Positions 29,401 through 37,864 of a DNA stretch of 60,715 bases are shown piece after piece. The notes beneath the pieces were generated by a model. That model was given only the letters and a program-made list of their open reading frames with translations, made no database searches and was not told the DNA's origin. Position numbers and translations under genes: made by a program. Source of the stretch: an uncultured virus (IMG/VR IMGVR_UViG_3300047548_000197). Its lineage: Duplodnaviria > Heunggongvirae > Uroviricota > Caudoviricetes. Within the stretch, counting starts at the first letter, position 1; every line of letters begins with the position of its first letter. Location of the stretch: IMG/VR virus record IMGVR_UViG_3300047548_000197; one strand, written 5' to 3'.

Positions 29401-32400
29401 AAGAAACTCAGTCTCTTAAGATAACAGACGAGTACGGTCTAGACAGAACAAAGAATGGTTTCATTGTAGATAACTTTACTGGTAACAATATCGGTAACGT
29501 CGGCTCTCCTGACTACTACTGTTCTATTGACATGAACAATGGTGAGTTGCGTCCATTCTACACTATGAAAAACGTTAATCTGTTGGAAAAGAACTCTACT
29601 GATATCCAACGCGATAGTTCTAACTACCAGATCAATGGTGATGTTATCACATTGCCTATCATTGCAAACAAAGTTTTGGTCAAGCAAGAATATGCTTCTA
29701 GACTAGAAAACATTAACCCATTTGCAATCTTTACATTCTTGGGTAACGTTAGCATCAACCCACCTTCTGATGATTGGTTTGAAACTAACAAAGTTGCTCC
29801 AGACATCATTAATGTAGAAGGTAACTACAACTTGATTCGCGAGTTGGCAATCAAGTCTGGCACTATCCAAGAAAACGGTTATGGTACTGTTTGGGGTGCT
29901 TGGAAAGATGAGTGGATTGGTCAACCAATTTCTCAAGGTACACGTAGCTACTCTGCTGATCGTCGTAGTGGCGATGGCGGTGCTGCCCTTGATGCAAAAT
30001 TCGGTGTTGGTCCAGAAGCAGGTGGCTGGGCTATCCGTCAAGTTGTAAGTGAAGTTTTGGCTACACCAGTTGGTCAATCAAGAACTGGCATCAGAACTAA
30101 GTTAGCGACAAAGACTGATTATCAACAAGTTGGTGAACGTGTTGTTTCTACTGCAACAATTCCTTACATCCGTTCTAGAAATATTCTAGTTCAGGTAAAG
30201 GGTATGAAGCCAGAAACACGTTTCTATCCATTCTTTGATGACATCGACATTTCTTCTTTTGTTACACCATCTATTAAAATGGTGTACACAGCTGGAGTTG
30301 GTGTATTTGACACTGACACAAACGTTGGTGGCGCTTCTTCTGAAACAAAGCGTAGAATTAACGGTGATTCTCAAGTTTGCTTGAACCGTGGTGATGTTAT
30401 TACCAACTCTCTAGAAACTGCTTCTGCCGTAGTTATTAGCAAGTCTATCGATCCAGAAACAGATACATTAACTCTAGAATTGGCTAACGTTAAAGGTACA
30501 TTTGCAGTTGGGCAGTCATTCTCTGGTTCTGTTTCTGGAGCAACAGGTACTGTTGTTTCTGTATCAACTCCAACTACTCTGGTTTCTAACAAGAACGGTG
30601 AAGTTAACTTCTTGTTCAATATCCCTAACACAGATTCAGTTAGATTCCGCACTGGTTCTAGAGAATTGAAGTTGGTAGACACTCCAACTGTTAACGGACA
30701 ATTCACATCTCGTGGTCGTGGTATGTACAGAGCACAAGGTGTTCTAGAGACTAAACAATCTATCATCAACGCTGTTCGTAACGCAGAGTTGGTTAAAGAA
30801 GTTATTGGTCCAAACGACGATCCAGAAGCTAGACAAACAATCTACCAAACATCTGAGCGCGTTGTTTCAGACACAGGTTGGTACGATCCACTTGCTCAAT
30901 CATTCTTGGTTCAGCAAAAGGGTGGTGCTTTCTTGACAAAGATTGATGTGTTCTTTGCAACTAAAGATGTTGCAGTGCCAGTTTCTCTTGAAATCAGAGA
31001 GATGGTAAATGGATATCCAGGTAAGAATATTCTTCCATTCTCTAGAGTTACTCTAAAGCCAGAAGTTGTTAACGCTCCAGTTGCTGGCGAAGACCCAGTT
31101 GCTGCTGGTTACACTGCTGTTACTCTAGACAATGTATCATACGCTGACTACAATACAGCAACATCGTTTACATTCGAAACTCCTGTTTACGTTCAAGACA
31201 ACGCTGAATACTGTTTTGTTCTACTGTCTGATTCAAACAACTACAAGGTTTGGATCTCTAACGTAGGTGATACGATTCCTGGAACTAGCAGAACTATTTC
31301 TGAGCAGCCTTATGCTGGTGTTATGTTTAAATCACAAAACGCTTCTACATGGACAGCTGATCAGAACCAAGATATCAAGTTCTCTATTTACAGAGCACAA
31401 TTTGACACTAGCGTTATCGGTAACGTAGAGTTTGTTAACGACGTTCTACCATACGTTGAGATCGAAAACGATCCATTCCAGACTGTTGTAGGTTCTACAA
31501 CAGTTCGTGTATGGCACAAAGACCACGGTATGACTGTTAGCTCTAGAGTTGTTATCGACAGCGTTGCTTCTGCAATCAACGGTATTCCAGCATCAGAGTT
31601 CAACAAAGAACACTTGATTTCAAACGTTGATATGAATTCTTATACTATCGCAACTACTACTGCAGCTACATCTACTGGATATGCTGGTGGTCTGGGTGTT
31701 AGAGCCACTGCAAACATTCAATACGACGTATTGGTTCCATCTGTTCAGATGCAAACATTCTCTGATACAAACGCTTCATTCTCAGTGAAGACTACATCAG
31801 GTAAGTCTGTTGATGGTGGCGAAACTCCTTATGTGATTGATACAGGATTCTCTCCTTGCTTGGTTAAGGACAATAACTACTTCTACACTCCAAGAGTTAT
31901 TTCTTCTGAACCAAACGAAAACAGCTTGATGTCTGGTAACAAGTCATTGACATTCTCTGCTCGTTTGCAAACTTCTAACGATGCAGTGTCACCAGTTATT
32001 GATACTGCTCGTACAAGTTTGATTGCTATCTCTAACAAGATCAATAGCCCATCAGAGTCTAATGTCAACGTATCAGCGTTAGACGTTAAGCAGATTTTCT
32101 CTCACACAGACGGTGTGTTTAACTTTACCGCTGGTGGTACTATAACATCTACAGACGCTGAAGTTAGAACTGCAATGGCTATTGCTTCTATCGGCAAGTA
32201 CATCACTATTGCTGGCGCTACAACTGGTGCTAACAACAAGACTGTTCTAATCACTGGTTACGCAGACGATGGCACAACTGGCACCTTGACTCTAGACACA
32301 ACTTTCACTGCTGAGAGTTCTGTTAGCGGTACAACTGTTTCAATCAGAGAACTGTTCTTGGATGATATTTCACCTAACGGCAGCTCATCTCTAAGCAAGT

Positions 32401-32729
32401 ACGTTACTTCTGCAGTCAAGTTGGAAAACGTATCTACTAATGTTAGAGTTAAGTTTGCTGCAAATATCCCTAACTCTTCAGATGTACTTGTATACTACAA
32501 GACTTGTGTTGGCGACAAGACTAAATTAACAACAACTAAATATACACTGGCAACACCAGATTCCAATTTAGTTAAAGTTCAGAATGGAAATGAATCGTTC
32601 TACGACTGTGATTACACTATCGATAACATGGCTCCATTCGACAATATCGTTGTTAAGATTGTAATGAAGTCAACAAATAGTTCAGCCGTTCCTAGAATTA
32701 AAGATTTAAGAGTTATTGCTTGTGCGTGA
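26448..32729 (+). CDS. Large VrlC-like (DUF4815-type) baseplate/tail structural protein
   Basis: PYNDDF, QARELTQMQTILQNQ, APGAHR, RRTYDESGDY, YTMRDIGKLE.RI.NLEYYTSL, DPLAQSF, PRIKDLRVIA. Confidence 0.85.
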   Translation: MIDFNTEPYNDDFEEGKKFYRILYRPSFAVQARELTQMQTILQNQIKRHGDAIFKQGAMVIPGQASVETVTQQNQGSDYVKLVSLYSGVAVETFLTSLKDQIIIGSSGVKAQVIKTQSAEESDPTTLYVRYLNSGNDGQTKTFSNSEVIQTEDGAYSFQAASTGAVGKGSLATVKEGVYYINGHFCLVEEQTIILEKYSNSPTYRVGLDVSEKVITPEEDETLLDNAQNSYNFAAPGAHRYYIELILIKKALDDTDDQDFVELIRVNNGTVDTIVKTTEYSLIGKELARRTYDESGDYTVKEFAIDIREHRNNDRGAWAQNTSYLIGDIVAHGGNLYVAKNSGSSVTTAPTHTTGTAYDGPGSTGINWEYTEAPAYNRGIYLNGDETKLAIGLEAGKAYVRGYEIEKDSTTYLPVSKSREYAQAVDAIIPATVGNYVLVKNVNNLPPVDSYDTIRLYDQITGSSGRGTAVGNNIGTARIRFIEWHTGLPFNTSSVYKLGLFDVQMNNGFDFNRDVKSFYYSVSGDPQLSFSADIDPVTSTLSGSVSASGGTLTGVGTSFQTDLSAGDYIVVDGQMVRITANPSSQEAATVPSTFSFTGKAYSLATTEIVEPGNNSLLFPLPYYAVRSMRQAGTGGINDTSYTCYQKITQTATGTSVTFSISGTFASYAETDNYIFIDNDATAGGEVFTPDSVTPSGSNLTVLVPSGRANRSISVIAAVVRSGSSFEKTKTLTTATPMTLTSASDAKASTILLEHADVFRLISVKMASGFAFGSTPAPEDYTTDITDFYEFDDGQRTTHYDLGRLILKASYSAPNSPIRIQYEYFEHGVGDYFDVNSYTNIDYKSIPANCRDAIDFRPRVANKSAGSTRNFIGTGSSLTSIPKRGIDILADFSYYLARKDKIAIDFNGKFFSVAGVSSLNPGDPQDPALGMVLYNITLEPYTFGTKSNNVNVQKLENKRYTMRDIGKLETRINNLEYYTSLSLLEQETQSLKITDEYGLDRTKNGFIVDNFTGNNIGNVGSPDYYCSIDMNNGELRPFYTMKNVNLLEKNSTDIQRDSSNYQINGDVITLPIIANKVLVKQEYASRLENINPFAIFTFLGNVSINPPSDDWFETNKVAPDIINVEGNYNLIRELAIKSGTIQENGYGTVWGAWKDEWIGQPISQGTRSYSADRRSGDGGAALDAKFGVGPEAGGWAIRQVVSEVLATPVGQSRTGIRTKLATKTDYQQVGERVVSTATIPYIRSRNILVQVKGMKPETRFYPFFDDIDISSFVTPSIKMVYTAGVGVFDTDTNVGGASSETKRRINGDSQVCLNRGDVITNSLETASAVVISKSIDPETDTLTLELANVKGTFAVGQSFSGSVSGATGTVVSVSTPTTLVSNKNGEVNFLFNIPNTDSVRFRTGSRELKLVDTPTVNGQFTSRGRGMYRAQGVLETKQSIINAVRNAELVKEVIGPNDDPEARQTIYQTSERVVSDTGWYDPLAQSFLVQQKGGAFLTKIDVFFATKDVAVPVSLEIREMVNGYPGKNILPFSRVTLKPEVVNAPVAGEDPVAAGYTAVTLDNVSYADYNTATSFTFETPVYVQDNAEYCFVLLSDSNNYKVWISNVGDTIPGTSRTISEQPYAGVMFKSQNASTWTADQNQDIKFSIYRAQFDTSVIGNVEFVNDVLPYVEIENDPFQTVVGSTTVRVWHKDHGMTVSSRVVIDSVASAINGIPASEFNKEHLISNVDMNSYTIATTTAATSTGYAGGLGVRATANIQYDVLVPSVQMQTFSDTNASFSVKTTSGKSVDGGETPYVIDTGFSPCLVKDNNYFYTPRVISSEPNENSLMSGNKSLTFSARLQTSNDAVSPVIDTARTSLIAISNKINSPSESNVNVSALDVKQIFSHTDGVFNFTAGGTITSTDAEVRTAMAIASIGKYITIAGATTGANNKTVLITGYADDGTTGTLTLDTTFTAESSVSGTTVSIRELFLDDISPNGSSSLSKYVTSAVKLENVSTNVRVKFAANIPNSSDVLVYYKTCVGDKTKLTTTKYTLATPDSNLVKVQNGNESFYDCDYTIDNMAPFDNIVVKIVMKSTNSSAVPRIKDLRVIACA

Positions 32730-32955
32730 TAGACTGAAGGTTGCTGGTCATGATAGCCTAGTTAGGGATGTCTCTAACGGGGCTATCATAAATACTGATA
32801 AGACCGAAGTTCAAAGGTATCTACAGAGAAGAGAAGAAGCCAGAATCCAAAAGGAAAAGATGGATCAAATTTCTCATAATACCAAAGAGATAAATAATAT
32901 AAAGAATGAATTGCAAGAGATAAAATCTTTGATTCTCCAAATTTTGCAAAAATAA
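32716..32955 (+). CDS. Small conserved coiled-coil hypothetical protein (start possibly GTG 32722)
   Basis: KVAGHDSLVRD..GAIINTD motif, typical follower of VrlC-like genes. Confidence 0.7.
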   Translation: MLVRDRLKVAGHDSLVRDVSNGAIINTDKTEVQRYLQRREEARIQKEKMDQISHNTKEINNIKNELQEIKSLILQILQK

Positions 32956-32966
32956 AGGATCCTTAA

Positions 32967-34154
32967 ATGGCAGTTATTACATTAAGAGGTACTAAAGGAA
33001 GTCCGCTGACTAACGCTGAAGTCGATGCAAACTTTAGTAACCTGAACAACGAATTAGCCACAAAATTAACAGCTGTTGATTATAATGCAGCTGATATCTT
33101 AACTAAACTTAAAACAGTTGACGGTAGCGGTTCTGGTTTAGATGCCGACTTACTAGATGGTTATAGCGCGTCTGTATTGCTACCAGCTGGTGCTGATAAA
33201 AGCTCTGCAGTAGTTCGTGATGCTTCAGGTAACTTTGAAGCCAACGTAATCACAGCTGCTAATTTCTCAGGTAAGTTTTCTGGCGAAGCAGCTATCACCA
33301 GCGGTTTGATCCAAGGTATCACAGACTTGGCAATCGCAGATGGTGGTACTGGCTCATCTACATCAGCTGGCGCTAGAACTAACTTGGGTCTAGCCATTGG
33401 TTCTGATGTGCAAGCATGGAATCTAGAGTTAGATGCCCTAGCTTCTACAACATCTGCAGCCAATACATTACCTTACTATACAGGTCTTGGTACTGCTGAT
33501 ACTACTAGCTTGACACCATATGCCAGAACTTTGTTAGACGATGGTGATGCAACTACTGCGCGTGCCACTCTTGGTCTAACAATCGGTACGCACGTTCAAC
33601 CGTACGACTCTGATTTATCTGCGCTATCATCTCTTCCAGGGACTGGTATCGTAGTTAGAACATCAGATGGCGCTGCCACAGTTAGATCTGTAGTTGCAGG
33701 TAGTGGTATTTCTATATCAAACGGTGATGGTGTTTCTGGTAACCCAACAATCAATGCAAACGTAACATCTGTTCAAGGTATGACAGGCGCTGTTACTGTT
33801 AACGTACCTGTAACATCTGTTCAAGGTATGACAGGTGCTCTAACTGTTACTAACATCGGCGGTAACGCTGGTTCTGCTTCTAGCGTTGCATGGGGTAACG
33901 TGTCAGGTCGCCCTGGACACCTTTCTCAGTTTACCAACGACTTGGGTAACTATGGTGCTTGGGTTCCGCATAATACTAAACACAACGACCAAGGATGGAC
34001 ATGGGGTCGCTCAGGTGGCGCTGGTAACCACGCACACCAACCTGGAAACCACCATTCAAACAACTGTTGGTCTAGATTACACTTAGATACTGGTAGTTAT
34101 ATGGATCCACACCACCATTTTACTAACTGCAGAAACTGTAACTGTAACTGCTAA
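32967..34154 (+). CDS. Tail fibre protein with His/Asn/Cys-rich C-terminal tip
   Basis: [45 protein letters not shown] repeats; ends NCRNCNCNC; late promoter ATAAATA at 32890. Confidence 0.85.
   Translation: MAVITLRGTKGSPLTNAEVDANFSNLNNELATKLTAVDYNAADILTKLKTVDGSGSGLDADLLDGYSASVLLPAGADKSSAVVRDASGNFEANVITAANFSGKFSGEAAITSGLIQGITDLAIADGGTGSSTSAGARTNLGLAIGSDVQAWNLELDALASTTSAANTLPYYTGLGTADTTSLTPYARTLLDDGDATTARATLGLTIGTHVQPYDSDLSALSSLPGTGIVVRTSDGAATVRSVVAGSGISISNGDGVSGNPTINANVTSVQGMTGAVTVNVPVTSVQGMTGALTVTNIGGNAGSASSVAWGNVSGRPGHLSQFTNDLGNYGAWVPHNTKHNDQGWTWGRSGGAGNHAHQPGNHHSNNCWSRLHLDTGSYMDPHHHFTNCRNCNCNC
33762..33835 (+). repeat. Exact 26-bp direct repeat GTAACATCTGTTCAAGGTATGACAGG, 48-bp period
   Basis: Copies at 33762-33787 and 33810-33835. 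Confidence 0.9.
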
Positions 34155-34166
34155 TAGGAATCAGAA

Positions 34167-35144
34167 ATGAAATATGTAAAACATAAACAACATATTAGAA
34201 GATACGCTGATCCAGCGATGAAATTTATAGATGATGCTTGGGTTCTAGCTCATGTCGAAGCCGCTAAAATTGAAGGTGTTGATTACTCAGTCATTGAAAA
34301 TAGCCAGACATTGTTCGCTGCGCACGAGGGCGCACCAGTAAATTTCAAATATAACATCACAAAAGATGATAGTGTATTGACTATCATCTTAAGAAATGAA
34401 ACTGAAAATAGACAGCTTGTTGATATTAGTATTGATCTAAACAATTTTGCTAATCTAGCTGGGCAATGTGTTTATACTATCAATCCTACTACGCTAAAGA
34501 AAAATATAGAAGAAAATCGTAGTGAATGGATGACATCTATTTCTACTGAAATAGAAACACCATTCTTACCGAAAGAACCAGAAAATATCAATAAAGTTGA
34601 TATCATCAATGCATATGGTTCTACTTTGGCAACAAAGTCTAAGGTAATGTATGCTCCTGAAAACGTGTTTTCTTTCTTTGTGACCAAAGACAACCCAACT
34701 CCAGAAGATATAGTTTTGGTTTTGATTGTTCCTCAAGAAATTGAAAATATAAGCGAAGATCTTCCATATGATGATCTAAACGGTAATCCATACGCTGGTG
34801 TTGATACAACTGGTTGGGCAACACACAGTGTAGATGTTGATACAGAACTAGAATTTGGTGGAGTTGTAGGCAAACTGCACGAAAGCCTAATGGACGCTAT
34901 TGATATCTTGAACGTAACTCAATCAGAAACAGCAGTCACCGTAACTGTTCAAGCAGCTGATGTTGATTATATCTACCTAGAACAAGTCTCTGGTTTCTTG
35001 GCAAAAACTAAGATTCCTGTAGTGAACGGCACTGCTGAATTCAAAGTGTCAACTATTGGTCTAGATGCTGGAGATGAGATCGTCACAAAGATCGGTTATA
35101 AATATTGGTCTAACCACCGAACATTAACTTATACATTAGTTTGA
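34167..35144 (+). CDS. Hypothetical protein, possible fibre-associated/chaperone with beta-rich C-terminal domain
   Basis: AGGA RBS, directly follows fibre gene; no recognised motif. Confidence 0.6.
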   Translation: MKYVKHKQHIRRYADPAMKFIDDAWVLAHVEAAKIEGVDYSVIENSQTLFAAHEGAPVNFKYNITKDDSVLTIILRNETENRQLVDISIDLNNFANLAGQCVYTINPTTLKKNIEENRSEWMTSISTEIETPFLPKEPENINKVDIINAYGSTLATKSKVMYAPENVFSFFVTKDNPTPEDIVLVLIVPQEIENISEDLPYDDLNGNPYAGVDTTGWATHSVDVDTELEFGGVVGKLHESLMDAIDILNVTQSETAVTVTVQAADVDYIYLEQVSGFLAKTKIPVVNGTAEFKVSTIGLDAGDEIVTKIGYKYWSNHRTLTYTLV

Positions 35145-35146
35145 AC

Positions 35147-35166
35147 AAGGGGTCTTATGACCCCTT
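35147..35166 (+). other. Intergenic hairpin (weak terminator or processing/stability element)
   Basis: AAGGGGTC-ttat-GACCCCTT with no long U tract. Confidence 0.6.
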
Positions 35167-35182
35167 ATAACATGGAATAGAT

Positions 35183-36565
35183 ATGGCTATATTTGAAATT
35201 AAAGCATGGGATCCCAGCGATCAAAAACACAAAAAGTTCTCATACGATACTGAGGTAAACATTATCTCTGATCACAGCGGTGAGAATATTTTTCTAGACT
35301 CTGTTACCACACCAACCAAACAAGTTGCTAAAATCGTGTCAGGTAAAGGTGATCTAAAGATCATCAAAATCCAACTTGGTCTTTCTTGCAACTTTTCATG
35401 CGAATACTGCAATCAAAGATTTGTACCTCATGCAGATTCAACAAACCCAGAAGACGTATCTCCATTTGTCAATAACATGAAGACATGGTTCGATGGTGGA
35501 CCAGATGGTTCTGGTAAAGGCACTAGAATAGAGTTGTGGGGTGGTGAGCCATTTGTGTATTGGAAAACTATGAAACCACTGGTTGAAGAGATTTTCAAAA
35601 AATACCCTGAAGTTGAATTTTCAGTTATAACTAACGGCAGTTTGTTGGACCAAGAAAAGATTTTATGGTTAGACAAGTATAACTTTTCTATTTCAGTTTC
35701 ACACGATGGTCCAGGGCAGTTTGTCAGAGGTCCAGACCCACTACAAGACCCAGAATCTAAAGAAGCTATTATTCAAACTTACAAAAAGTTTGCTCCCAAA
35801 GGTAAGTTTAGCTTCAATGCAATGATCAATGCTAAGAACATTAGCCGAGCTTCTATTGAAGAATATTTCATTAAATTTATTTCTGAAAATATTAGTCATG
35901 AGTATACACAACACTTGGTTATCGGAGAAGGCACGTTCGTAGATGCATACGATGAAGGTGGTGCTCAAAATTCCTTGTTGGATGAAGAACAAGAAGTTCA
36001 GTTTAGAAACCTTTCATTGAGTGAGTATCGCACGGGTAAAGTAACCAAGTTTATCACTTCTCACGACAAAGTGACTGATTTTATCAAGTCCGTTGCTACA
36101 GGTGTTAGACTAGACTCAGTCACACAAAAGTGTGGTATGGACAAGAAAGAAAATATCGCAGTAGACTTAAATGGTAATGTTTTGACCTGCCAGAATGTCA
36201 GCGCTGTTTCTACAAACCCATCTGGTATTTCTCATCTAGTTGGTAATGTATCAGATCTTAACAATGTCAACCTAAAAACTTCTACGCATCTAAGTGAACG
36301 CGAAGAGTGTCCAAAGTGCCCAGTAGTTCATATCTGTAAAGGTGCTTGTATGTTCTTGACTGGCGACTTGTGGGAGATCTCTTGTAATAACGCATTTAGC
36401 GATAACATCGTGGCATTCAGCGTTGCATTTGAGCAGATGACAGGATGTATCCCAGAGTACATCGATGGTCCATTGAGACAAGACCGAAAAGATATCTATT
36501 GGTGGACTCATGGTAAGCCAGAAACTAAAAGAAAGAATAAAGTTATTCCAATTCTTGCAGCATGA
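35183..36565 (+). CDS. Radical SAM protein with SPASM domain (peptide/protein maturase type)
   Basis: CNFSCEYC, WGGEP, ITNG, VSHDG; SPASM Cys set CG..GNVLTC..CPKCPVVHICKGAC..C. Confidence 0.93.
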   Translation: MAIFEIKAWDPSDQKHKKFSYDTEVNIISDHSGENIFLDSVTTPTKQVAKIVSGKGDLKIIKIQLGLSCNFSCEYCNQRFVPHADSTNPEDVSPFVNNMKTWFDGGPDGSGKGTRIELWGGEPFVYWKTMKPLVEEIFKKYPEVEFSVITNGSLLDQEKILWLDKYNFSISVSHDGPGQFVRGPDPLQDPESKEAIIQTYKKFAPKGKFSFNAMINAKNISRASIEEYFIKFISENISHEYTQHLVIGEGTFVDAYDEGGAQNSLLDEEQEVQFRNLSLSEYRTGKVTKFITSHDKVTDFIKSVATGVRLDSVTQKCGMDKKENIAVDLNGNVLTCQNVSAVSTNPSGISHLVGNVSDLNNVNLKTSTHLSEREECPKCPVVHICKGACMFLTGDLWEISCNNAFSDNIVAFSVAFEQMTGCIPEYIDGPLRQDRKDIYWWTHGKPETKRKNKVIPILAA

Positions 36566-36873
36566 GCTTTATAAAACAACACCTGATTGAAATATCTCAA
36601 TACCCAAGAGAGATGGGCAGGGACGGTAGAGAAGAGTGGTTTTATATGAAAGACTACTTTTTCTACGACTCGAATACCAAAAAATATGGGCACCGAGATA
36701 CGGTTATACCAGTTTCTTCTTTTATAAATAAAGAAGAGATACCAGAACCTGAATTTATGAAAGAACTTATAAATAAAAAGGTTTATGTTATAAAACGAAT
36801 AATGAATTTCCAAGACTACACGCAAAAGTGGGTCTTTGACACAACAAAGCTAGGAGAAAGCAAAAATGACTAA
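36562..36873 (+). CDS. Hypothetical protein
   Basis: ATGA-coupled to radical SAM gene, overlaps next gene. Confidence 0.6.
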   Translation: MSFIKQHLIEISQYPREMGRDGREEWFYMKDYFFYDSNTKKYGHRDTVIPVSSFINKEEIPEPEFMKELINKKVYVIKRIMNFQDYTQKWVFDTTKLGESKND

Positions 36874-37810
36874 GCACGTAAAATGGGTTATCGCTCACGA
36901 GCCTATTGGCTTATTCTTAAAAGTAGCAGAGCGTTTCGCTAAAGAAGTAAACGAGAAAACAAACGGTGCATTTGACATCGAAGTTCTTTCTTTGACTGAC
37001 TACACAAACAAGTATAATGGCGGTCAAAAGATCACCAAAGATGCGTTAATGAAGTTGGTCGATAATGGCACTATCGAAATGAGCCATATCTACACTACTT
37101 GGTTAGCTGACTACAACAAAGACTTACATGCTCTAGATCTACCATTCTTGTTCCGCGATCACGCCCATGCGGATGCTGTTCTAGAAGGTGAGATTGGCAC
37201 TGAACTATTGGCTGGTGTTGCCAAGAATTCTAACACACACGCTATGTCTTTCACTTACTCTGGTGGATACCGTGTTGTTCCAGCTAACTTTAAGGCTGAT
37301 ACTGTAGAAGCATGGCAAGGTCGTACTGTTCGTACTAGCCGTTCTCCAGTTGCTGTAGAGACTTTTAAGTTGTTAGGCGCTGAACCAAAAGAACACATTG
37401 CTCTAGAAGAAATGAACGCTGCAGCAGATGCAGGTTTGATCGAAGCTGGTGAATCCACTTACGTTCGCGTGTTCCCACTAGATCAACACAAGTCTTTCAA
37501 AGTTGTTAACGATACAGCACACAGCTTGTTCTTGACATCTATCATCGTCAACCAAGACTTCTTTAAACAGTTCGATGCTGAAACTCAAGAGATCTTGTCT
37601 ACTGCTGCGTTCAATGCTGCTCGCGCTGAACGTCGCGAATCTGTTGCAGACATCCCAAACATCTTGGCTCAATGTAAAGCTGAGGGTGTTGAAGTTGTTA
37701 AGATGACTGTTGAACAAGAAGCACGTTTTAAACAAGTTACTGCACCAGTCTATGATAAGTTTGCAGACTACTTTACTACAGGTCTAGTTGAAAAGATTCA
37801 ACTACATTAA
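36866..37810 (+). CDS. TRAP transporter substrate-binding (DctP-like) protein lacking a signal peptide
   Basis: FAKEVNEKTNG, LDLPFLFRDHAHADAVLEGEIG, GRTVR, FKLLGAEP, TAHSL; N-terminus has no hydrophobic leader. Confidence 0.85.
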   Translation: MTKHVKWVIAHEPIGLFLKVAERFAKEVNEKTNGAFDIEVLSLTDYTNKYNGGQKITKDALMKLVDNGTIEMSHIYTTWLADYNKDLHALDLPFLFRDHAHADAVLEGEIGTELLAGVAKNSNTHAMSFTYSGGYRVVPANFKADTVEAWQGRTVRTSRSPVAVETFKLLGAEPKEHIALEEMNAAADAGLIEAGESTYVRVFPLDQHKSFKVVNDTAHSLFLTSIIVNQDFFKQFDAETQEILSTAAFNAARAERRESVADIPNILAQCKAEGVEVVKMTVEQEARFKQVTAPVYDKFADYFTTGLVEKIQLH

Positions 37811-37827
37811 TCTGAAGTGATAAATAC

Positions 37828-37850
37828 AAGGGAGCTTCGGCTCCCTTTTT
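37828..37850 (+). terminator. Intrinsic terminator with CUUCGG loop
   Basis: AAGGGAGC-ttcg-GCTCCCTTTTT. Confidence 0.85.
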
Positions 37851-37864
37851 CGTTTAGGAATATT

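Noticed and set aside
33900..34154. AAC-rich fibre tip as a diversity-generating retroelement target
   Set aside because: No second near-copy (template repeat) or reverse transcriptase seen in the window; AAC is simply the preferred Asn codon here
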